A stretch of 64,000 nt of DNA, taken from Zancudomyces culisetae HAW-14-8 (taxonomy: Eukaryota; Fungi; Kickxellomycota). The notes under the pieces are model-generated. The model saw nothing but the letters and a program-made list of their open reading frames with translations, did not search any database and was not told the DNA's origin. Both the position numbers and the translations under genes were made by a program. The stretch spans positions 2,858,670-2,922,669 of the forward strand of contig JBNJNM010000006.1 of NCBI GenBank assembly GCA_052426225.1, read 5' to 3'. This document shows positions 38,200 to 51,200 of the stretch, piece by piece; the first letter of the stretch is position 1, and every line of letters starts with the position of its first letter.

Positions 38200-40016
38200 T
38201 TACAAAAGTATTGTGGAATTCGAGAGCAAACTTACACATCTCTGGGCTAGTGATAAAATAACTTTTGATGCCACTAAGGTGGTTTAGTTATTAAGTTTAA
38301 TAGATAACACACTCGGAAGCGTGTGATTGAAATAAAATGTAAAGTCTAGGATGAGGTTATAAAAGCCGCACAAAAAGAAACTTTAGTTGAAGTACAACCC
38401 TTAAAAAAATGCTCAAGTAGTATCGGCGTTTACAAAGTCAACGATATTCAGAAACGCAGTATCGAAGTCGGGTAAACAACTTAAAGCTAAATCCAAAGAT
38501 ACCTTTGCCTATACTCAGCTTGAAAAAGTTTAATGAGGCAACAGTGAATAATGTTTCTAAGGTTGATGAGGTCGTGGATAAGCATTTGGTAAAAGCTAAA
38601 GACAGAAGAAAGTATAATAGTCAGTCACGAATAAAGGAGTGTTACATTTGTTAAAATGGGTTTTATATGAAATATGTTAGCCCAACCGAAAGCTACACAA
38701 AATCAAATTTACAGCCCTGTGGAAAAGGATAATTTTATTAACTTGCTCGACATACCAACAAACGGGAAAAATATTGAGGAAATATATACAATCGAAGATA
38801 CAAAGTTTGACAATACCTCAGAAAGAAATACGAATAGTTATTAGGCAGACCAAGGCTAGAAGAAAACGATACTCATGAACGTCAAGCTGAAAGTACTCAG
38901 CGTTATCATAATCTACTAAACAGGAAATATAGATAACTAACCAAGTCATAAATGCAAATCTAAAAACTTTTTAAAAGTTGTAAAATTAGAAAAAAAGTTT
39001 TCTATAATACTTTTTTACAGGATTAGAGGTCTCGCTGTAACAATTAAATGTATGCATTACACTTTTAAATAATATCGACATTCGCAAATTCAATAAATAA
39101 TTAAGCCAGATAATAAGGTAACAAACAGTAAAGTGAGATCCAATATTTTAAATCGACACCTGTGGTCGATTATCGATACAGAGACAGCATGTTGGTTATA
39201 ACCGCAAGTATGGTGGTAGAATTAGAATTACAGGTCCAAGAGCAAACAAGCCGAATGGTAGTGACTGGGTGTCAAAAAACTATTTTATACAAGTTGGGAA
39301 ACTTAATGTTCTCAAGATAGGATTCAACGGTTATTAAATATGACTAAAAATTAATATTAAAACTTATGAGTAAATAAGTGTTTTTAACACTGGGCATGAT
39401 AAAAGGCATTGATAATTGGTGAAAATATAAGGTGCTCATCTCAAAATTAATAAAGTAGAATTTCTCATCGACCTCGTAGTAATGGATAGAAATGATGACA
39501 CTCTTATCTTGGGAACCGATTGGATGTTGAGGCACCAGATTAAGCTAAACATAAAAGCTCAGGAGATGCGTTTACCTATAGAGCAAGCGGGGGTTTCTAC
39601 AATAGTTTTAACAACTAGTACAAGTCACTATACGAAGAAAAAGCTGAAACATACCTTGTTGTAAAGAACCCATCAAACGTAACAGAGATAACTGAATTCT
39701 TAATGTTTAACGAGGTACTTGACCATTATAAAGATATATTTGTAAATGTCATTTCACAGATAAATAGTACCTAGGTTACTGAGATTAAAATTGAATTGAT
39801 CGAAGTGAAGCCAATAAAACCAATGCAGTGCCGCATTTCGCATATGATGCTATTGATGTTAGATTGGAGCTATCAGAAATGGAAAAGCAGGGTGTTTTAT
39901 CACCATGTGTATCAGAATCGTATTCCCCTATTGTTTTAGTTTATAAAAAGAATGGTAAGATGAGGGTATGTGTTGATTATAGAAAAATATATCTGATAAA
40001 AAGAAAAGATACTTAC
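38200..40016 (+). pseudogene. Decayed Gypsy relic M2 (paralog of M1)
   Basis: MDRNDDTLILGTDWML; RVCVDYR; DNA similarity to 19860-21680. Confidence 0.7.
39270..39389 (-). mobile_element. Older diverged solo LTR of family A, TSD CTGGG
   Basis: Aligns end to end with 47681-47801; CTGGG at 39265-39269 and 39390-39394. Confidence 0.88.
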
Positions 40017-40310
40017 TGTCAGCACTTGACAACTGGGTGATATTATTATTTAATACAAGTTAAAAACTATAGTTAAAGAAAGTTGATATTTTATGCTAAA
40101 GAACTTTTACAATAAAATCACTAAGTATTTATAGTTTTAAAACTCACTAACAAAATCGAATATAATTTATAGACAATAAAAATCTAGGCATAAAACTAAA
40201 TAGAACAACTCGATATTAAATATAATTTAATATGGATTTGGGGTTGGGGAATTGAAAAAGAATATTAACAAATTTTGGTTTACTCAAAATGCCATTATTG
40301 GATCATGACA
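40017..40310. repeat. K-related solo LTR-like sequence, reverse orientation to K1
   Basis: TGTCA...GGATCATGACA (reverse complement of the K start TGTCATGATCC); no TSD. Confidence 0.55.
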
Positions 40311-41463
40311 ATAGGTTTCTCTTAATGCTTTTAATTATCTTGAGAAATGGGTAAATAGTGCCAGATTGGGCTTATGCATAATTGTGCAATTAATAGGACA
40401 GTGGTAGTTCTTATGTCATGGTAACTGGTCCGCTAGTTGCTTGTTGAATGCATCACTTAAGTCTGATAATTTTCTGGGAGTATTACGCTTTCTTGATTAT
40501 CAATCATGTTTGTTGGTGTGATGTTTGTTAGAATATTTATTATGTGTAATTATTATGTAATTTATAAAGTTTCTTAACATGAGTGTCATCGTAGTATTGG
40601 ATATTTTACAATTCATAAATTTGCTATTTATGGTTCAGGTGTTATCATTGTATACATACTCACGTCTTGATTATACTTGTGTTTATAGAATTTTATCTTG
40701 TACTTTCATCGATTTTCTGAATTCCGAATAATTTGATGATGATAGACTTGTTGTGTCCATTCCAATAGTAATTTCACTTTCATAGTCTTTTTCAATTAGT
40801 TTAGCTCCTCCTTATCTTTATCACCATCTTCTACCAACAGGTTTAGACTATATTTGTATATTAATATATTATTGTTATCTATGAATACCAATGTTCTTTT
40901 CAATGGTGTCACACTTTTCACGATTTTGATTTTTACCATTGATAATATAGTTAGTATCCTTATTTATTTGGTTGCTTGGTTATGAATACTACTTTAGTTG
41001 AGATCATCTGTATGATTTTGTCTTTTAAAAGTCGTTTGATCGTTAAATTAATTTATATGTTTTTTCCTCATCATCCGTGAATGGTGTGAATTTCTATCTC
41101 AATTTTTTACTTCATTTTCGTCCTTAATTTAATTTTTGTTTAATTAATAAGATTTTTAAATAAAATGTTTGGATATTGTTAGGTTGGTGTAAGAACAGTG
41201 TTTTTCCATTTTTTGGATAAATTTTAAATGATTTATGCATATACTTAATAGCTTATAAACTTTATTAGAGTTAGTTAATCTATTGAAATATGGTACATTG
41301 TTAGCAAAAATAGTTCTTTTTTCACTTTTATTTTATATTTACTATGAAAACAATTATACTTTACTATAATTGTCAAGTTTTACTTAAAATTGTTTTACTA
41401 TTAGTAAATAGATCAAAATTAAATTATATTGATAATGTTTCGTGCTAAGAAATAGTACATGTA

Positions 41464-43026
41464 CAGTGAGTTTCAAAAATGTCTCAAAATAATGAAAATT
41501 TTTAATAGTGTAATATCTCGCTCAATATTATCCAAAAATTATAAGTTTTTTATAATATATAATGCACAAATGTTATATGTTAATTTTATATAAACTGTAA
41601 ATTAATTGGATAAAAATTCATTATGAAATTATAAATTGAAAAAATTTTAAAAATGAGACAATTTTGGGAAATTTTCAAAAAAAAAATTTAAACTATCATA
41701 ACTTTATGAATTCAAATTTTAAATTTTTAAACTTTCACATATAATAATATATATAATTGTTATACTAATCAAAATAATAATTTTTTAAAAAATGATATCT
41801 GAACAACGTAAACTGGATATTAAAAACGCGTTACTTGAAGGCAGAAGCATTGACCAAATCATTATAGATAATGGAGTTAGTAAAGCAACAATATACAGAA
41901 TTAAAGCAGCAATGAATATCAATTTACCGGCTAATAAACGCGGTCGTCCAGCGAAGCTTTCACCCCAAAGCAAGCGAATATGTACTAGGATGATATTATC
42001 TGGAGAGTATCGATCTGCTACTTCGATACAAAAGAAGTTAGAAATGGATAATGTTGTTAGTGCTAGTAAGTCTACAATATATAGGGCTTTTAATGATCTG
42101 AAAGCCGTTGCAAAAAAGAAGGCATCCAAACCGAAACTGAGACTTAAAAATATAGCAAAAAGGTTATGATTCGCAAAATATCATCACCAATGGACTACTG
42201 ATGATTGGAGACGAGTAATTTGGTCCGACGAAACTAAAATCAACCGATTTGGATCTGATGGAAATGAATGGACTTGGGTTCGTGATGGTGTGAGTCTACA
42301 GCCGCACAATATTAACCAGACCGTAAAACACGGTGGAGGATCATTAATGATTTGGGGATGCATCACAGCATTTGGAACTGGCTACATGTGCCGAATAGTA
42401 GGAATGTTAAACAAGGAAGATTATTTAAACATTTTAAAAGACGAGCTTAGCAATACAATAAAGTACTACAAGTTGGATCCCAAGTCAATAATATTTCAAC
42501 ATGACAATGATCCTAAACATACCTCAAAGTTAGTTACATGCTGGCTTGAAAACCAGGAATATAATACATTGGACTGGCCGCCACAATCTCCAGACTTAAA
42601 CCCAATCGAAACTATATGGGCAATCATCAAAAGACGCCTAAATAGATACAGTAAACCTCCGTCCGGGATGATCGAATTATGGGAGCGAATAGAAACGGAA
42701 TGGAATTTAATATCAGTGGAAACTATACTTGGTCTTATAGATAGTATGTCCAAAACCGTTGAGGCAGTTATCAAGTCTAAAGGATGGTGGACAGAATTTT
42801 AAAGTTTTTTTTTGAAAAATTCCCAAAATTGTCTCATTTTTAAAATTTTTTCAATTTATAATTTTATAATGATTTTATAACCAATAATAATACTAATTAT
42901 ATTAATAATATTATACCAATTGTGCATTAATAATATAAAAAATATCTAATTTCTGGATATTATTGAGCGAGATATTACACTTTGAAAATTATTATCATTA
43001 TTTTGAGACATTTTTGAAACTCACTG
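41464..43026 (+). mobile_element. Tc1-family DNA transposon T1, ~220-bp TIRs, TA TSD
   Basis: TA-CAGTGAGTTTCAAAAATGTCTC ... GAGACATTTTTGAAACTCACTG-TA. Confidence 0.95.
41792..42802 (+). pseudogene. DD34E Tc1 transposase with in-frame TGA at 42167-42169
   Basis: GRP linker; WSDE; FQHDND, 34 aa, then the E of SPDLNPIE. Both ORF parts are in the same frame. Confidence 0.92.
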
Positions 43027-43259
43027 TATTTATAATTTTAAACTGCTAAATAATACTCCTAATGAATATACCTTTAAAATAATAATCTCAATATTTTATT
43101 TAGTTCTATATAGAAAAAATCCGTAGATAAATAAAACTAAACTAGAACTTTTATAATATTAAATATACTAATATTAAATCATAACAGATCTATTTTTGGA
43201 TATGCATGAACATGTATAAAATTAATAAATCAAGCTAAATTAATTTGTTTGTTAATCCC

Positions 43260-44170
43260 ATAGGGTCTAGGAGCGATCACTGCCACCTTATAACAATATA
43301 AATATAGTTTTGAAGTAATGATATCGGTATTCTAACCAGAATATTTCAGGGTTGTGTAAACTAAACCAAGGTGTTCCTAGTATAAATTTGGATGAGCACT
43401 GATTATTAGATCAAAAAAGTTCACTTCGGTGTAGTAGTCGCAAGAGTTCATGTCAGCGGAGATGTTTTTATTGATATTGTTCCTGAAAGTAGGTTCTACT
43501 ATCTACCGATTCTGCAGGTATTGCCTGGGTTTTTTAAGTAGTGTGAATAGAATGGTTGCCTGCAAACTTAATGTTCATAATATTCTTGGTGGCAACTAAA
43601 TCAATTAAATCAATTATATTATTTTATTCGGAAATTGACAATAATATTTTGATGAATATGTGGTATTTACAATTAAGTATCAATGATGTTCCAGGTAAGT
43701 TAACTGATATTATGGAAAAATCTAGTAAGCTATTAATATTGCTTAGTGTATTGTCCAGATGTGAGCCTTCATACGTACTTGGATATTTGCTTTTCCCCTG
43801 GAAAATTCTGTTATCTGGCCAGGCCACAACTAAATGTCGTTATTTTCGCAGTAAACACAATGTTCTAATCTTGGTCGTCTTTCTATATCTTGGTTTATTA
43901 CTAATTTTTGTAACAAGTCCACCATAATTGAATACTCTGTAAAAATATTCATTAAATACTGTGATCTGTTGCTTTGTTCTCATTGGATAATGTGAAGTTT
44001 AATGCATGATTTGTGCATTATCATAATTGATAATCTTCATTCGAGTGATGTTTGAACAATAAGTATTCTAATAAATAGGATGTTATCTTGCTGATCTTGT
44101 TCATAATGGGGCAGCATTATTGTTAGGAATGGTAAATTCAGGATAATAATTATTGTTTAAACTATATTTA
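43260..44170 (-). pseudogene. Highly decayed Gypsy gag/protease remnant
   Basis: FILGTPWFSLHNPEIFW on minus at ~43335-43385; degenerate knuckle at ~43815-43860. Confidence 0.5.
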
Positions 44171-44319
44171 ATAATAATGTCTACCAAATAAAATAGTTCA
44201 TTTTCAGATTTTCACATTATCAAATCGAAGTAAAATCAAGTTTGTAAAATTTAAAAAGTATTACTACAATATTTGTCGTGAATATTAAAAAATTATATTT
44301 AAGAAAATATCCAGATATA

Positions 44320-45934
44320 CAGTGACTCAAAAAATTGTTCAAATGTTTTAGATGTTCATTAAAAAAACATTATATCTGACGAATACTATATCGTATCACT
44401 ATAAAATTTACAATCATTATACATCCATATACCATGAATTACCTATCAAATTTTTAGAATACTTGAACCAGCCAATCAACTGTAGTTATACTTTTTGTAA
44501 GAATATTTTATTTGAACAATTTTTTTGCTAATAATAAAAAAATTTATAAACTTAATTAATCTAGTATTTTGTATATCCACTCCTGGCTTTCAATACTGCA
44601 TTAATTCTTGATGGCATGCAAATGATTAGCGACATACACTCGTCACGTGTTATCTTATTCCACTCGTCTTGTACGCGGTCCCAAAGTTCGTTCATCCCTT
44701 TAGGTGCATTTTCGTGATCTGACAGCCGTCTTTTCAAACTGACCCATAGATGTTCAATTGGATTTAGGTCAGGTGACTGTGCTGACCAGTCAAGCACCTG
44801 AATTGAGTTAGTTTGCAAGCTTTCTTTAGTAATTTTCGCGGTGTGTTTTGGATCGTTATCATGCTGAAAAATTGTACTTTCCCTGTCTAAGTCGTACCAC
44901 TCCATTGATTTTACCAGTTCGTCTTCAAGAATATCACAGTACAATTCTGCATTAAGTCAGAAATCAATTATAGTGCGATATCCTGGGCCTTCTGAAGTCA
45001 TGCATCCCCATATCATGATTGAACCTCCACCATGTTTTATAGTTTTTTTAACATGGTTCGGTTTTAACTGGCTCCGTTGTTTTTTTCAGCACCACATGCG
45101 CCCATCTGACCCAAATCTGTTAATTTTAGTCTCGTCTGGCCATATCACACGTTGCCAGTCTTCTACAGTCCAATGCTGATATTTTTTAGCAAATGCAAGT
45201 CGTTGTTTAATATGGCCTAATTTTAGCATAGGTTTTTTGACCTTAGGTTTTGCACTTAAACCATTTCTATTTAAGCTATTTCGCACATTTTGAGGAACCA
45301 CAGTTACGATGCCATTATCCTTGAGAAATTTTGTAGAGTCTGTCGCTGTATCAAATTGCCCAGACGTAATTTTCCGAATTATTAATCGCTCATTAGCTTT
45401 TGTCAATTTATTTGGGCTGCCAGGTGATAATTTTTTTATTGATGGACGATACTTTTTTTTTATGTTAGATATTGTCCCTTTACTAATAGATAGTTTAGAT
45501 GCAATTTGGCTATATGAGTATCCATTATCCAGCAGATTTATAACACTCCAAACTTTTTCATTATTTAGTATTTTCATCGTATTTAAATTGATCAAAAATT
45601 TATATTTCTAAACTAAAATTTATTGAGTAGATAATTGTGAATTATAACTAGTAACATATATATTTTTATAATGATAGCTAACATTATGAAAAAGATATCA
45701 TCAAAATTGATAATATTAATTTAAAGCAAAAAAATTGTTCAAATAAAAAATTTTTACAAAAAGTATAACTACAGTTGATTGGCTGGTTCAAGTATTCTAA
45801 AAATTTGATAGGTTATACATGGTATATGGATGTATAATGATTGTAAAATTTATAGGGTTACGATATAGTATTCGTCAGATATAATGTTTTTTTAATGAAC
45901 ATCTAAAACATTTGAACAATTTTTTGAGTCACTG
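44320..45934 (-). mobile_element. Tc1-family DNA transposon T2, ~210-bp TIRs, TA TSD
   Basis: TA-CAGTGACTCAAAAAATTGTTC ... GAACAATTTTTTGAGTCACTG-TA; TIRs 44320-44529 and 45725-45934. Confidence 0.95.
44561..45577 (-). pseudogene. DD34E Tc1 transposase with TGA at 45086-45088 and a frameshift near 44955
   Basis: ORFs 45086-45595 and 44561-44944; FQHDND...SPDLNPIE. Confidence 0.9.
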
Positions 45935-46592
45935 TATAAAATATCTAATTTTGATTCTATAAAGTGATTAAATGTATTACATTATCATATTCAGAACTAT
46001 AAGATAAGGCAAAATCGCGATTTATGCTAATTTTTACAAATTATTAATTTATATGTAATATTTGCAATAACTTGGTATATCAATAATATGTTATTATAAG
46101 ATAATCTAAAACTATGATAAATTGTATACACTAATATATGATAAGATGGATAATAATATTTGTTAAAATCAACAAATAAAAATATTAATTTTCTCTTTAA
46201 TCAGATAATTTAATCTCGTTAGATTATACATATCAAATTTTTAAATCTAAATTTATGACTTTAAGTTTTATCCATAGCAAAAATCAGTGTTGAAAATATT
46301 TCAAAGCATTCGTAATTATGTTGGGCATCATACAAAAATTATATATATTTAACACTTTTAATATTATAATATTCTAAAAAATATTTTTAAAATATTAAAT
46401 TTATACTCACTACTCTCAGATTTAAACTGATCATTATTTGTTAAATATTTTGAATACTGTATAATTACATTGATTTAGTCTTATATAAATTTTAAACTTA
46501 TACTTGATGACACAATATTAAAATGTTAAGATATCATTATAGTTAGTGATTATTGATCAAAGAAGTAGTATTGTTTTGAATACTGCCATATC

Positions 46593-47182
46593 TGTTAAGA
46601 CTTGAATATTTTAAGATTATTTATTTATTACTATTATATTATTTAGAAAAATATGATATTCAATAGTGAATATGATATTTTTCTCTGAAGTTCTCTTTCG
46701 ATGGATTTCGAAAGGGTTTTTATACTTTTACTCCAGAGATTTTTCCATATAAAATTTTTTTAAGTAAAGTTGCTATCAAACTATAAATTTGACTATTAAA
46801 CTTATGAGTAACTGATGTGATTAACTACTGTGAGTTTAGTGTGTCAATGATTGCGTCATTCATGAGATTCTGACAATTCTTTGAATTATTAGTTTCGAAA
46901 TTCTTTCTAGGTTTCTTATTTCCTAAAATGGTCTTAGAATATTTTTAAAACTGAATTTCATCGCGAAATTCATTTTTACTAGACTTGGTTAGATTAATTA
47001 TACAATTTGTACTTAGTTACATTTAATTACTTTGTACTTAGTTACATTACAGTAATTTGTACCTAGTTACATTATAGTAATTTGTATATGGTTACAATTT
47101 CATTTTGTAACCTACTTGATTTGGTCATGGAGAATTTAATAAACATGAATTTGTTTACTTTATTTTAAAACAGTTCCTAACA
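46593..47182. mobile_element. Solo LTR-like J2 with 25-bp tandem repeats at 47006-47098
   Basis: TGTTA...TTCCTAACA; homologous to J1; marks the truncation of E1. Confidence 0.6.
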
Positions 47183-47860
47183 TTCTAGGTATGATCTCCA
47201 TTCTTTAAAAGCCTCAATTATGGCTAACATTTCTTTATCGTAAATTTCGTAGTTGATTTCAGCAGGTTGTAACTTTCTGGAATAATATGCTTTAGGATGA
47301 AAATTATTATTATCGTTGCGTTGTGATATAACTCCTCCAATTGCGAAGTCTGATGCATCAGTTTCAATAGTAATTGATTTATTCGGATCAAAATATTTTA
47401 TTATAGGTGCAGTTGTAAATGCTTTTTTAAATTGATCGAAAGAGTTTTGTGCTTCAGTGCTCCAGCTCCATTTTTCATATTTTGTAACAATTTTGTTCTA
47501 TGTGTCACAATCTTTATAAAATTCATTATAAATTTCTATAGAAATTTGCAAAACCAAGGAACGTTTGAATTTCTTTTATTGAGGTTGGTGCAGGCCATGT
47601 ACTTACAGCTATTGTCTTTGTTTTATCCATACTTACCCCTTTATCGATAACAATTATCCTAAGAATTCGACTTCTGCTTTTGTCAGGAAACTAATTTATT
47701 TAAGTTGGGAAACTTAATGTTCCCAAGTTAGGATTCAAAGGTAATTAAATATGATTAAAAATAAATATTAAAACTTATGGGTAAATAATGCGATTCTGAC
47801 ATTATCCCCCCTTCAAAGAATATTTTAAATATATAAAAATAATATCTTGGACAAAAATGT

Positions 47861-48127
47861 GAGCTTATAGTCGAGTGGCTAAGGCGTCGAACTTGTATTC
47901 TGCAGGACCCTGGTTCGATCCTTCGCTGTAAGACCGTAATTGGGAAGTAATTAGCTGTAGAGTGGATGTGATGTTTCACGGGGCCAATGTGCGCGATAAC
48001 GTCCTTCGGGACTAGTACCGGACCGTTTCACCTCTCCGATAACTCCTTCGGGATCTCGAGCAGTTAATTCGAATCACGTGATTGTGTGGCCCAAGACGTT
48101 AGCGCCCTCCTAAGTTCATTCTTTTTT
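47861..48127 (+). ncRNA. Putative Pol III, tRNA-headed structured RNA antisense in the A2 3' UTR
   Basis: TATATAAAAA 47830-47839; A box TAGTCGAGTGG 47868-47878; B box GGTTCGATCC 47912-47921; GAGCTTA/TAAGTTC closing stem; TTTTTT 48122-48127. Confidence 0.6.
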
Positions 48128-48242
48128 ATTTTTTCTTTTATAATTTTTTATGCTTTTTAGTAGTTTTTAGGTTGTTTTTATAGTTTTTTTTGATAAGTAT
48201 TTAGGTATAATATTGGTTAAATAATAAAATATAATGTTGCTC

Positions 48243-51200
48243 TTATGGTTTGTTGTGATATGTCTTATAGTATTTTTTCAATAGTTGAGGCGCGTTTATG
48301 TTTTCAATCGGCTCCCAGCTTCTTTCACTTATATCAAAGCCTTTCCAATCAACTAAGTAATATTTTTTACCCCGTACAAGCTTAGAATCCAAAATAGCCT
48401 TAACTTCATATTCTTTATTTCCATTTATAATTAGGGGTGGAGGAGGACTGTCTATTAATCTGCGGTTACTGCTGGGTTCGATATACGGTTCCAATAACGA
48501 GACATGAAATGTGTTATGGATTTTCATTGATGGCGGGAGGTCTAAACGGACAGAAACAGGATTGATAATTTTAGAGATGGTGAAAGGTCCTAGAAGTCTA
48601 TGGTCAAACTTTTTAGAAGGCCTTTGAGTTTTGATATTTTGGCTGGATAGCCAAACCTTGTCACCTAGTTTATACTTTGGATGTTCAGATCGGTTTACAT
48701 CAGCATACTTTTTATATTCCTGAGATTTCTTGTTAAGTATGGAAGTGAGGGCTGATTGAAGTTCTTTGAGTTGTTTTATCCTATCAGAAGCGCTGGGGAC
48801 GTGAACGTTTTTAGTGATTTGAGGATCAAATCTTGGATGGTAACCATATAGAGCAAAGAAAGGAGAAGTATTAGTGCTGGAGTGGAGAGTGTTGTTATAA
48901 GCAAATTCGGCAATTGGGAGCAGTTCAAACCAATTATCTTGCTGATAGTTGATGAAACAGCGTAGATACTGTTCCAATGTTTGATTCACCCGCTCCGTTT
49001 GACCGTCTGTCTCTGGATGAAAGGCTGTAGACATCCTAGTATCAACTTTGAGCAGTTTGAATAGTGAACTCCAAAATTTGGACGAGAATTGGGTTCCACG
49101 GTCTGAGATTATGACGTCTGGAAGTCCATGAAGCTTGAATACATGTGTGAAAAAGGCGGAGGCAGTTTCTTCTGAGGATGGCAGCTTCTTAAGCGGGATG
49201 AAATGGCTCATTTTAGTGAACCTGTCTACCACTACCATAATAGTAGTGTGCTTGTTGGATGGAGGAAGATCAGTTATGAAATCCATGGTGATAGATTTCC
49301 ATGGGCCTGAGGGAGCGGGTAGCGGAAGTAGTTTACCGTAAACTTTGTGTCTTCTGTCCTTTGATCTATTGCATGTATCACAGGTTTGAACAAACTCTTT
49401 AATAAATTTGCGCATTCCTGGAAACCAAAACTCTCGTTCCACGAGCTCCAATGTCTTCTTAGCACCAAAATGACCGGCTGGGCCACTGTCATGTCTAGAA
49501 CTTACAACTTGCGGCTTCATTTTGTCGGGGACGACAACACGGTTTCCAAGCATTACAATCCCATCTTCAACTTCTACTGGCTCGTTAGACTTATGGCTGC
49601 TCTGGTATCTTGCGGCATCCAATAATCCTTCTAGATGGGCTTTGCTGGATTTGGCGATTTCTTGAGCAAAATCACTGTCCACTATGCTAATAATGTCTAT
49701 GAAGTGGTCTTCGCCTATGATGTTGTTGTTGGCGACCTTATCAGGTGTGTGATTGGGTAAACGAGAAAGAGCGTCAGGTTTGCCTCCTTGAGATCCAGGC
49801 CTGTAGGTTATGATGAAGCTGAATCTACTGAGATCAAGTGACCACCTTGCGTGTCTTCTGTTGAGTGACTTCAGATTTTTAAAGGTCTCCAGATTCTTAT
49901 GGTCAGTAAGAATCTTGAACGGGATGGAGGAGCCTTCCAGATGATGTCGCCATTCTTTGAGAGCCTTGATGATTGCCAAAAGTTCCTTGTCATAGATATT
50001 ATAGTTGGATTCGGCAGTGTTGAGTTTGTAAGAGTAGTAGGCACAAGGACGGAGATCACCGTTTTCATCCTCTTGGGACAGAGCAGCCCCAATGGCGTAG
50101 TCTGAGGCGTCAGTTTCCAGAATAAACTGTTTTCCTGGGTCAGGGTATCTGAGAACGGGGGAAGTGGTGAGATCCTGGATAAGAGTATTAAAGGCTTCAC
50201 CTGCCTCCTTACTCCAAACGAACGGTGTATCCTTTTTCAGAAGTCTTGTGATTGGCAGGGCTTTCAGCGAGAAGTATGGGATAAACTTTCGGTAGTAATT
50301 GGCAAAACCGAGAAACTTCTGGACCTCCTTGACATTGGTGGGTGGTAGCCATTCCTTTACACACTTGACTTTAGCAGGATCGGTGGCTATTCCATCTGAA
50401 GACACAACATGGCCTAGAAATTCAACTTCCCTGATATGGAAGTGACATTTTTCGGCGTTACAGTACAGACCATTTTCAAGCAGCTTTTTCAGAACAGATT
50501 TCACGTGAGAGATGTGAGTGTCAGTGTCATTGGAAAATATCAAGATGTCGTCAAGGTATGCAATTGCATAGAGATCCAATACATCTCGTAACACATCATT
50601 GATAAAGTGCTGAAAGGTGGCAGGAGCATTTGTCAAGCCAAATGGCATGACCTGGTACTCAAAGTGGCCATATCTGCACCTAAATGCAGTTTTCCACTCG
50701 TCACCTTCCTTGATCCGCACCAAGTTGTAGGCACCTTTGAGATCCAATTTTGTAAAGACCTTGGCTGTACGCAGCCGATCGAACGCCTCATCAATCCTAG
50801 GTAATGGGTACCTATTCTTGATGGTAGCTTCGTTCAATCGGCGGTAGTCAACACAAAGGCGCAAGTCACCAGACTTCTTCTTTACAAACATGATTGGTGC
50901 ACCAGCAGGGGAGACAGAGCGTCTGATGAAGCCATTGGTGAGGTTTTCGCGGATGTAACCTCTTAGAGACTCTAACTCTACTTCAGATAGCGGGTATATT
51001 GGCCCCCAGTATGGGGTGTAACCCTCTTTGGTGTTGACAGGACAGTCATAACGGCGGTGAGGAGGAAGTGAAACGGCAGACTTGGGATTGAACACTTCCT
51101 TGAATTCAGAGTATATTACTGGAAGTTGCGGAAATTCTTCCAAGTACTCTAGTGGGGACTCAGAAACGGCAAAAGTTACAGGATCTGGATCCAAGGAATA

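Noticed and set aside
12122-47680. Inversion between oppositely oriented A1 and A2
   Set aside because: Each copy retains its own matching TSD and host continuity on both sides.
47861-47935. Bona fide tRNA gene
   Set aside because: A and B boxes are present, but the anticodon and T stems pair poorly and the 5' end pairs better 250 nt downstream.
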